Source: Octopus vulgaris
Lineage: Eukaryota
Length of the DNA: 64,000 bases
Direction of reading: 5' to 3'
Assembly: GCA_951406725.2 (NCBI GenBank)
Contig: OX597814.1
Span: 54,498,001-54,562,000 of the forward strand
The notes beneath the pieces were generated by a model. That model was not told the DNA's origin. It was given only the letters and a program-made list of their open reading frames with translations, and made no database searches. Shown here in pieces: positions 53,281 to 64,000 of this stretch (positions within the stretch are counted from its first letter, which is position 1; each line of letters begins with the position of its first letter). Made by a program: the position numbers and the translations under genes.

Positions 53281-55129
53281 GTGATAATGCGGTGAAAGCA
53301 CAAAATATATTGCTTATAATATCTTAAATATGTGAAATGAATTTGACAAATGAATCCAGCAAATAAAGTTACTTAGTTTCAGAGGTTTTAGTCAATATGT
53401 CTAAAATGATACTGTGTTTGTTTGGATATGAGAAAATAATAGATAACATGAGCTGAGATAGTCACTTAAGTTTGTAAATAATGGCTTTTTGGTGCAGATG
53501 TAGATCAAGTGGAAGAAATCAAGAAGTTATATAGTACATATATAGGCTCTACAAAGAAGCTGACAAACAAGGACAGCTGTAGAATCATAAATCATAAAAG
53601 CCTTTCTAATTAATGTTATTAGTGTTACAATTTTTATCTAAAACATGAAGTCATACTAGAATATTCCATTCACTATAGACTAATAGTTTCTTTGACATGT
53701 ACAAGATAATGAGTTTAGCAGGAGCAACGAACTGACAACGATAAATATGATATACATGCAATCATGAGGAATAGTAATGTTATCTAGAATGTAATAGCAA
53801 GAGTGGAGTGCAAGGGAATACATGTAATTTGAATCCATAGAGAATTCAGAACTGTAAGTCACACCACAAAGAGAAAGGTAAGGGAGCAGCAATCAAAACC
53901 ATAATGAAATTCATTATAAGTAGAGGTTTGGAGTTCCAGAAAATTATATGATGTATTTACTCTCATTTGATATAAAGAATTGTCTTTAAAAGGAGGATGT
54001 AGATTAGTTACTAATTGGTTTACAATCCTTCATTACAATCTTGCCATAATTAAAACATAGCCATTCTAAAATTCTGAAAAAGGGTAACAATGAACATTGT
54101 TGTGTGGAGGGGGTTGAAGCATGCAGTTAGATGTAAGTCTGAAGCCTATTTGTCAGGTATGTGGAAATACAGAAGTAACTTTTATAGTCAAGGCTAGAAA
54201 ATATTCAAGAAAAGGGTTATTAAAATCACTGTTCAGTATCAGTTTAAAAAGTAAAACTGATAAATGCTTTACAAACAGGCAATTTTAAAACTGATTTTTC
54301 GTATATGAGGGAAAAAAGTGGAGAGAACTTATGTGGTAAAAAAAAAATAAAATATTCGGTCATGTTTAACCCTTTAGCATTTAAACCGGCCATATCTGGC
54401 TCAAATATTCTACCTGCTTTATGTCTGAAGTGACCAGATCTGACCTCTCAAACCTTCCCTACAATGTCATTCAAAAAATATACTATCACATCACTGAAAT
54501 CTTGAAATTACAAGATGATGTATGAACTAATTCAAAACAATATGAATAAAGAAGCATTACATTTGATAATAATCCAAATGCTAAAGGGTTAAATATTCAG
54601 TATGTTGGCTCTCCTTCTATAAGTTAGCTATATCCATCAAATCTAACAAAAGAAATGTCTTGAGAAAATGAAAACTTGTCAATTTTAATTCTGATTTAGA
54701 GTGAGACTCAAATATAGGTGGTGGCAATAATAACAAACATGAAGTGGGACTTTGATATGATTTCAGAGAATATCAGTGATGAAGATAGAGGCAAAGTGAG
54801 TGGAAGCATCATCATCATTTAATATTTGTTTTCCATGTTGATATGGCTTCGATGGTTTGACAGGTGGTGAACCAGAGGACTGAGCCAAGCTATACTGTCT
54901 GCTTTGGCATGGTTTTTATGGTTGGATGTTCTTCCTAACACTAAACACTTTTACAGAGTGTATTGGGTGCTTTTTATGCGGAACCAACAAGGTCACCAAG
55001 TAAGCTGCAAGACAAAACCCTGCAAATGTGGGGTGGTTAGTAGTACTGAGGGAATAAATTAAATTTTTTTTCATTGGTTTGGTCTAGAAGAAGGAACTGT
55101 GTCTATGACTATTGCAGGCTCTCTGAGAC

Positions 55130-55820
55130 TGGCAAGTCTGATGCCATTAACATCCCAAATAAACAGTTGCAATTTGACAATTGCCAGAAAAGCATGGGCA
55201 AGTAAGAAATTCTTGCAGGTTAATGTTTTGGCAAGGAAGGACTGGACACGGTGGTCAGTGTGGAGGCTAGGAGGAGTGAAAACAGTATGGATGATGAGAA
55301 GTGGAAAGATGAGAGAGTTTGGAGTGTGTGAGTAACAGCACAATATTAGTGAACTCAGATGAACTGAAGTCACTGTTGAAATAAAAAAAAGGCAGAGAGA
55401 GGAAATAGCACATCCATGGGCAGAATTTGGACTGTATTTAAGAGCTAGTTCATACCAAACAGTTAAGTGGCCTTTCTTTGGGTGCTGTCTTGGATGTCTG
55501 TGTGTCTAGTAATAGTATACCCCAGATGTTAGAACTACTTTATTGTAAGAGGGTTAGTAGTTGTTGGGATTAAAGAATTTTATGGTTTCAAAGAGAAAAA
55601 CAAGTCTTTGAGATGTAGTCTCTGCAATACTAAGGATGGGCATTCACAAAGAGAGATCCTCAGTGATAGTGAGGCCTGGCAATAGAAGTGATAACACCAA
55701 TTTTAGTCAGGCATTGTTCATGATCGTAAAGGGGAAGAACTGGAATACAATAATGTTTACTTGATATCTAGAGTGGTTGGTGTTTTTTTTATGCTGAATG
55801 GAATAAAAATTGGCACAATT
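55130..55820 (-). mobile_element. Old LINE ORF2 3' remnant
   Basis: Minus-strand TDHRVQSFLAKT-like end resembles the CR1/Jockey ORF2 C-terminus. Very decayed. Confidence 0.4.
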
Positions 55821-55963
55821 TCATTAGAAGATGCTTCTGAGATCTCTCTCTCTCTCCCCTCTTCTTTCTCAAAGTAAACAAAAAAGTGATGGTTGCCATG
55901 GTAATCACAGGAATCACTAGAATAGATACAACACTAATTAACAATTCTGAATAGATGATATTA

Positions 55964-56008
<45 letters not shown>

Positions 56009-56349
56009 TATATATGTATATGTTTGATATAGCATGTCTATTGTTTAGTGTTGCTATAACTATACTGGACTTCTGTGTAATCAAACAGAATCAGGAACTA
56101 TAAACAGCTACCAAGACGATTTTAATGAGAGTTCTTGTTTTTAATCCTGATGTTGAAAGGAATATTTTATTTTAGAGATATCAAAGGTTAGGATTAAAAC
56201 TTACTTGCAAATTGAACATTAACAGGACTCGCAAAATTAATGACCCATTCTCAATCTAAGCAATTTATGATATATATATATACCCACATACACCTACAGT
56301 GGATTAATATGGGTGAGCCCACAGAGGCAGTTATCCTGGGTACTCTTTT

Positions 56350-56660
56350 ACCCTTTTACTTGTTTCAGTCATTTGACTGTGGCCATGCTGGAACACCGCC
56401 TTTAGTTGAGCAAATCGCCCCCAGGACTTAATCTTTGTCAGCCTAGTACTTATTATATCAGACACACAAACATATACAAACACATACATATATATATATA
56501 CATATATGCGACGGACTTCTTTCAGTTTCCGTCTACCAAATCCACTCACAAGGCTTTGGTTGGCCCGAGGCTATAGTAGAAGACTATTGACCAAAGTGCT
56601 ACACAAATGGGACTGAACCCAGAACCATGTGGTTCATAAGCAAACTACTTACCACACATT
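56350..56660 (-). mobile_element. Representative of the dominant tRNA-SINE family
   Basis: Plus-strand CTTCTTTCAGTTTCCGTCTACCAAATCCACTCACAAGGCTTTGG core. Copies at ~9490, 11795 (+), 20690, 29095-29450, 41090 (+), 50180-50540 and 51160-51640. Confidence 0.85.
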
Positions 56661-56929
56661 AAAAGTAGAAAAAACCCCAAAATAGTAATAAAAAAAGCAT
56701 GCCCTCCCGCCAATATATGTCAGCCACTAAGTGCTGGAAATTCCATTATGTTTCTATGTATGTGTATGCATGTATCTAGATATCTATAGACACAATCACA
56801 AAAACAACAAAATGTATAACAACATCAAAGAAATGCTGGTAAAAGAAATGTCAAAAGGGGGATGTATTAAAAGAGTTCATCACCTTTTTTGGAAAAAGAC
56901 AGCCAGTGAAATAGACCATAACATGTAAG

Positions 56930-58400
56930 AACCAGCAGGGATCAAAAGAAATGTAAAACAAAGATGTGTGCCATTGCCATACCTGTTTAATATCTACACT
57001 GAGTATATATTCAGAGAGTCAAATAAGATTGAAGAATGGTATCAACAGAAACAGTATAAGATATGCTGATACAGTATTTTTGGCAGACAGCAGTGAGAAA
57101 TTATAAGAAACTGATGTTGTAAAAGTGCAGAGTGACAAGAAAGGTATAAATATGAATATGTAAGACAAAACAAAAGGAAGCAAATTTAACCCTTCAGCAT
57201 TGAAACTGGCCATATCTGGCTGAAATATTCTACCTGTTTTATATTCAAACACCCAGATGCAGCCTCTCACACCTACCCTGCAATGTCTGTCTTAAATTAA
57301 TCATGTATTATCTTGTAGCTTTGAAAATCTCAAAGCTACAAGATAATGCATGATTAATTCAAAACAATGTGAATAAATAAGCATTACATTTGACAGAATA
57401 ATCTGAATGCGAAAAGGTTAAAGAATGGACAGAAGCTTGAGCAAGTAAAAAACTTTAATTATGCTAAATGATAAATTAGGAAGATTGGTGTGGTAAAGAT
57501 TAAACTGGTGTGGAAAAGATTAAACTTGATTAAATAAGGCTATAACAACATTTATTAGAATGAAAAAGATCTTCACCTCAAAAGACATAATACTGCATCT
57601 ACAACTGAGGCTTGTAAAGTGTTATATTCTGCCAATTGTCCTCTATGGGGCAGAAACTTGGATGATATGCAAAGCTATGGAGAAAAAGCTAGAAGCCTTT
57701 GAGGTGTGGATCTTTTTGCAGATTGGGCTGGATGAGCTGGAAAGACAGGGTAATGAATGCTGCAGTACTAGAAAAGCTGAAAGTCTAAAGACACCTAATG
57801 TTAAGAAAGAAGTTCAAAAAAATATATTTTGGACACAGAATGCATCATAATTCATTGCCCAAGACTATCCTGACAGGGACTGTTGTGGGGAAGATATTTG
57901 CGAAATGACAACGTTAACCCTTCAATATTTAGACTGGCCAGATCAGGCCTCCCACACCTACCATACAATGTCATTTTAAAAATAAACAATCACATCATCA
58001 GAATCTCAAAGCTACGAGATAATGCATAATTAATTCAAAGTAATCCTTTCTACTAAATGCACAAGACCTGAAATCTTAGGGGGGGGGGGGGGGGGGTTAG
58101 TCGATTACATTGACCCCAGTGTGTGACTGGTACTTATTTCATTGACCCCCAAAAGGATGAAAGGCAAAGTTGACCATGGCAGAATTTGAACTCGGAACAT
58201 AAGAATGGATGAAATGCTGCTAAGCATTTTGTCCAGCATGCTAACAATTCTGCCAGATCACCATCTTAAAATTAATTCAAAACAATGTGAATAAATAAAC
58301 ATTACATTTGATAGTAATCTGAATGCTAAAAGGTTAAAGAATAGACTGAAAACAAGAATCTGGCTGATTATATACATTTCAGCACAACACAAAGGGAACT
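56930..58400 (+). mobile_element. Decayed RTE/BovB-like LINE interrupted by TTAA-MITEs
   Basis: YLFNIYTEYIFRE, IRYAD and LVKCYILPIVLYGAETW..KKLEAFEVW fragments. Confidence 0.75.
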
Positions 58401-58719
58401 GGAGTCTTGGCAAGTCAACCACATGTATTTATGTATGTATGTATGTGTGAGAGAGCATGGCCTAGTAGTTAGGGTGTTGCACCTACAATTGTGAGATCAT
58501 GGTTTCAGTTCCTGGACCAGGTGACGCGTCATGTTCTTGAGAAAAATACTTCATCTCTGCTATGTGATCACCAAGCAACGCTGATTTGATGGAGGGATTG
58601 AACTAATGTACAGCACATATATTTAATCACTATAAACAAATCATTTGTGCAGGTTGTTCAGAAAGAAATTGCAGAACCATCTTTCTTGGGAAGAGAGACT
58701 ACTATCATGTATGTGTCTA

Positions 58720-58770
<51 letters not shown>

Positions 58771-59581
58771 GTATGTTTGGAAGACTTTGTTAAAGAAGTC
58801 CCAAGTGATACAAGTAGAGGGGACCTGCAGAAGAGAAGGAAGACATGGGAAGAACTGGTAAAAACTGATCTTAGAAGGCTGAATGTTATGATAAAGGTGA
58901 CAAAAAACCAGGACAAATGGGGAGAGTTTGTGTGGGAGAAAATTCATCCAAACCAACCAAGTATTAAAAAAAAACAATGGATATAAAAATGATGATACAC
59001 AATCTTTTGATGTGATCAAGCTTGTTCTTTTAAATTGCTGATAGTATGAAAAATATTCAAATATTAATGAATGTAGCTGAGCGATCACTGATAAGATAGT
59101 TCTGCCAATTTAGATAAATTACTCGTGAATGTGTCTAATAGTTGTTGTAGACTATCACACAAGAGCTTCTCAAATCACACAAACCAACAAGAGAATCTCT
59201 ATGCAGTCTCTCAGCATGAAAAAAAAACAGTCATATATTCCCCAGATCTTTACTTTTACAGAAGAACATGTTTGTTAATATTCCTAGTACCTAATGTCTA
59301 GAGAAAAAGATATGGTGGTTAAAGCGGCAATGCCTTTCTCCATTAACTATATTTGATCAAAGTAGTTAGCATTGTTGATGCTTCTGTGGAATTACTACAA
59401 GGGTCAGAAAGAAAATGAAGATAGGCTGAGAGTTCCTAGGAGAAAGAAGTCCAACCTAACCTCAGACATGGCCAGATTATAATTCATGGCACATAGATAA
59501 GTTCCTTTTAGAAAAATCCAGCCGACTCACATTAGTCTTTTGAATTAAAATAGCTCACTTGAATGATTTAAAACCTTACAA

Positions 59582-60799
59582 CAGGGATTCTCAACCATTT
59601 TTTATCTATGGACTCCTTTGATTACTATTTTATTTTGGTTATTTAAAAACAGTCATGGAAGGACTGAAACAGTTTGATTTTCGATGACTGTTTTTTTTTA
59701 AATGTTGATAACGGGGCGTGTGAGCTATAATAAAAGCATATATCTAATTCGATGACTTAGCCTATGGGTCTTTAAATTGAGCTTGATGTTCGTCAAATCT
59801 CCTAAGAAAACAAATAATGGAAAATAAAATTTGAAAACTTTATCTGTGAAAGAATGTCTAAAACTAAGTTTATATTTCAATAATGTTATTCTTTTTATAA
59901 AGTAGTTTCCCCCACCTATCCATTACATTTCTATTGTAGATGGGATTTTTTTCTATTCGACAAACAGCTTATTCATTTCTGTAATAGAGCCCGGGTAATC
60001 AAAAGCGTGCCTGTTCAGTCAGATGCGTGATTAATTTCTAAAAAGTCCAGGAACACTTCATTCCCTACCACCTCCACTACAACATGACTAATGCTGACAT
60101 CATAACAACGATAAAAATGAAAATAATTTCTTTAGATGATTTTTCTTCGGCGGGAACTTGTTGATTACATTTACCCCTATCGACCTCAGAAAGGCCAAGT
60201 GAAAATCAAGTGGGATTTTAACTCAGAACTTATAGAGGGTGAACACAAACAATAATCCCAACGCTCTTAGATTTCGCCATAAATGAATTTGGTTAGGGGT
60301 AAGAGACCAGTTTTGCAGGAGAGGGACTGATTATCGATTAATATTAGTAATAGTAACAACAACGATTCGAATATTCTTTCTCATTGATTAATTGAAGGTA
60401 AACATTAAGGCAAAACACACACAAAGGAAAGCTCTAATCAATAGATATTTTTAAATAGCGAGTATTTTGTGCAAACATCTAAGGATGAAAGGAAACTAAC
60501 GAAAAGTTAGATATTAATTCCCCTATTAACTCCCATAGCCACTCAATGTTTAAAAACTAGTTTTATAGAAACTTCTTTCAAAATTCATATTTTCTTTTAC
60601 ACACATTAACTTATGTAGTTTGAACTATGTAAAATGTCAGAGAAACCTGTTTCTTGCAATACATAAATGAAAATCAAAATTTTTTTTGGGGCCTCTAAAA
60701 TACTATTGTGGGTCCCCAATTTACTATTTTGCTATGTGGATCCCAAAAAATCTTATATCGACCCTCAGGGGCCATATGAACCCCGATTGAGAATCACTG
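59582..60799. mobile_element. hAT-like MITE interrupted by an 883-bp duplicated segment
   Basis: TIRs CAGGGATTCTCAACC/GATTGAGAATCACTG, with weak TSD-like flanks CCTTACAA/CCTTGTAG. Confidence 0.7.
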
Positions 60800-61626
60800 C
60801 CTTGTAGGAATGTGAGCTTCATAATACACACACAAATATATATATATTTGTATATATAAGTTTGACTTTGAGCTCATAGTTTTATACTTGGTTTTAAGGA
60901 GCATGTAAGACCTCTTCTGTGGACAAGTCGCAGCCTGCTGCAAGGTCAACTTATTTCAGCTGAATAAAATGGAGCAATGTGAAATGAAGTGACTAGTTCA
61001 AGGACACAACACACTACTTAGTTTACAAATTTAACTGACGATTTAACAATCGGAATCCTAATACTCAAAACAGTAGGCCTGTCATATTTAGATATATGTG
61101 TATATATATTTTATGGATATTTCATGTTAGGCAATACGTAGTGTTTACTAGTCTTCAGAAATAATATTTATTTGTTAAGCTTTAGCAGGACAAAGCTTCC
61201 GAGGAAAGTGAAACAGCTGCATTACAAACAGGATTAAAATGAAGGAAATTTAGTTATTATTTTCTTAGAAGCGTGGTTTAACGCGGATTCTAGCGTCAGA
61301 CGAAAATGCGTTGCAGAATTTGATTGATGGCACTTTATATACTGTGTTCAAAACCTCTATAAGTAAACTTTCCTTCCTTTCTTTGAATTTAATCCACTAT
61401 ACTGTCACTCAAAATTAGTAGCTTTGCGCTTATACATTCATATTTGCAAAAACGGGCGAAGGTAAAGAATAATGGTTAGGGTTAAGGTTTTTGTTTCGCC
61501 GAAGGCAGATGGTGTGCGTATTCTTTACCTCCGCCTAAAAGCGAATGAGTGTTTTGTGACTAATAGATTCTTATAGGATCTTTTTCAGATTAAAACTTGT
61601 GGTTGGAAGAAAACGAAAATGATCCC

Positions 61627-61685
<59 letters not shown>

Positions 61686-61759
61686 GGAAAGAATAATTTT
61701 GTTGAATTGGATGTTATACTGGAGAAAAAAGAGGGTGTAATACGAGACGCTATTACATT

Positions 61760-61810
<51 letters not shown>

Positions 61811-62772
61811 GAGCTACACATGAATTTGTATACAGACAGCATGCTCAGATCTTGTATGAAATAAACAGCAGCGATGTCAACAAAGACAGGTTATTTAAAA
61901 ACAGTCATGGAAGGACTGAAACAGTTTGATTTTCGATGACTGTTTTTTTTTAAATGTTGATAACGGGGCGTGTGAGCTATAATAAAAGCATATATCTAAT
62001 TCGATGACTTAGCCTATGGGTCTTTAAATTGAGCTTGATGTTCGTCAAATCTCCTAAGAAAACAAATAATGGAAAATAAAATTTGAAAACTTTATCTGTG
62101 AAAGAATGTCTAAAACTAAGTTTATATTTCAATAATGTTATTCTTTTTATAAAGTAGTTTCCCCCCACCTATCCATTACATTTCTATTGTAGATGGGATT
62201 TTTTTCTATTCGACAAACAGCTTATTCATTTCTGTAATAGAGCCCGGGTAATCAAAAGCGTGCCTGTTCAGTCAGATGCGTGATTAATTTCTAAAAAGTC
62301 CAGGAACACTTCATTCCCTACCACCTCCACTACAACATGACTAATGCTGACATCATAACAACGATAAAAATGAAAATAATTTCTTTAGATGATTTTTCTT
62401 CGGCGGGAACTTGTTGATTACATTTACCCCTATCGACCTCAGAAAGGCCAAGTGAAAATCAAGTGGGATTTTAACTCAGAACTTATAGAGGGTGAACACA
62501 AACAATAATCCCAACGCTCTTAGATTTCGCCATAAATGAATTTGGTTAGGGGTAAGAGACCAGTTTTGCAGGAGAGGGACTGATTATCGATTAATATTAG
62601 TAATAGTAACAACAACGATTCGAATATTCTTTCTCATTGATTAATTGAAGGTAAACATTAAGGCAAAACACACACAAAGGAAAGCTCTAATCAATAGATA
62701 TTTTTAAATAGCGAGTATTTTGTGCAAACATCTAAGGATGAAAGGAAACTAACGAAAAGTTAGATATTAATT
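59637..62772 (+). repeat. Near-identical direct duplication (59637-60519 and 61889-62772)
   Basis: 883 vs 884 bp. By eye the only difference is one C in a homopolymer. Confidence 0.93.
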
Positions 62773-63218
62773 GACTGATACAGGCTTTGTAGTTTTCGTT
62801 TCTCTTTTCGGTATTTTATGACAAACCAGATGGAGATTTGGCTAATGCTTGAACTTCAGCCAAATCATCCTAAAATAAAGCCAGCCGAACCTCCGATATA
62901 AGCACCTTCGGTCGAAAATCGGCATTCATTGCCTGAAAATCTCTGGCTTTCAAGGGATAGGTTTGCTGGAGAGAAAGAGAGAGAGAGAGAGGGGGAGAAA
63001 GAGAGAGAGAAAGAGAGTGAGTGTGTGTGCGTGTGTTTAGTAGGATGACGAACGGAAATATTCCTCCGTATATATCGCCTGAAATATTTTCTGGCACAAT
63101 ATCACTGGTTTTAATTTTGATTTCAGTTTTGAACGAATTAAAAAAATCAGCTATAGTGGGCGGACTTAAGGAATAACACAAGGGTGACTGGGAAATAGAA
63201 ATCAAAGACTTTGCTCAC

Positions 63219-63713
63219 CTCTTCTAGTTGTCTTTGTAACTCGGTAACCATCATCTTTAGGTAGTCGTAGCTAGCACAAGTAAGAGCTTTCATCCAACTT
63301 TCCATCTCTTCTTGGGTGTTGGAACTCAGGACGTATGTCCGGGCACCCGATCGTGGGAAGACTATTTCGAATGTGAAAGATTCCCCAGATGTAGCCCCAC
63401 CATTTCCTGTGGAAGATCCATTATTACAACTACCGCAGCTGTTGATGTGGTGAGCTGCAGCAAGTTCAATAGTACATCCTTCGAGTACTACTACCCCCAT
63501 TGGTTCCTTATCGTGTTTCTTTTCATAGTAGAACAAAAGATTGCCCTTAAGAATGAACCATCGGCGCTGAAATGATTTGTTTAGTTCTCCTTTCTTTTGA
63601 AGGTATCCCTCTTTATCCGAGGACCTATTCGAGTTAGCGAAGTGTATTAAACTCTTCTCGTTGATTTTCATTTTCTTTTTGAATTTTTTTACTTTACTAA
63701 CACGTTGGTTCAT
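63219..63713 (-). CDS. PHETA1: Sesquipedalian/PHETA (FAM109/IPIP27)-like protein, coding exon 1 (PH domain plus coiled coil)
   Basis: Translation MKINEKSL...KEGYLQKKGELNKSFQRRWFILKGNLLFYYE...EPMGVVVLEGCTIEL...RTYVLSSNTQEEMESWMKALTCASYDYLKMMVTELQRQLEE matches the Ses/PHETA PH domain. Donor GAG|GTGAGC at 63219/63218 is phase 0. The family-like start is probably the second ATG (63671). Symbol is family-level only; PHETA1 vs PHETA2 orthology is not resolved. Confidence 0.93.
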
Positions 63714-64000
63714 AGTTGAGAAATAAAATAATTGAATCCAGGCCGGCTGCTAGCCGCCACGCCACCTCTGAAAGACTGTGTGTTGTTTCGGGCGAAGCAA
63801 AGGAGTGTATCACTGCCGGGAAACGTAATCTGCTGTAGTTTTGATGGCATGCTGCTTCTACCTGGAACATGATGCTGCTGATGGCGGTGGTGGTAGTGAC
63901 TGTAGTAGTTTGATTGGCGATAGTGTTGGTGATGGTTGCAGTCGTGATAACAACAATGATTCAGAAAGGGTTTGGGGTATCTAAAACAAGGGGAATTTGT

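Larger units (their letters stand above)
16001..63218 (-). other. Predicted 47.2 kb GT-AG intron of the Ses/PHETA-like gene
   Basis: Phase-0 donor and acceptor join two exons carrying the N- and C-terminal family hallmarks. Additional internal exons cannot be excluded. Confidence 0.75.

Noticed and set aside
63147-63218. C-terminal VSKVFDFYF... of the 188-aa ORF
   Set aside because: Read-through past a strong GT donor; the family C-terminus is found in the exon at 15536-16000.

Overview
AT-rich, repeat-dense animal genomic DNA. From recollection the SINE/MITE landscape resembles octopus or another coleoid cephalopod; this is an unverified inference. One host gene is supported: a minus-strand sesquipedalian/PHETA (FAM109/IPIP27)-like PH-domain adaptor. 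Its coding exon 1 (63219-63713) splices in phase 0 across a 47.2 kb intron to a last exon (15536-16000) that ends in an F&H-type motif. The rest is transposon-derived: an intact zinc-knuckle ORF1-only retroelement nested in a relative of itself, decayed Merlin, Tc1, maT, mariner, hAT and pogo transposases, CR1 and RTE LINEs, Helitrons, TTAA-MITEs, tRNA-SINEs and Penelope-like fold-back insertions. The most unusual signals are two minimal type I hammerhead ribozyme motifs inside long inverted repeats in the intron, one with a reciprocal G3:C8 core swap (GUGAACA instead of CUGANGA), and the ORF1-only element, which shares its 3' tail with a SINE.
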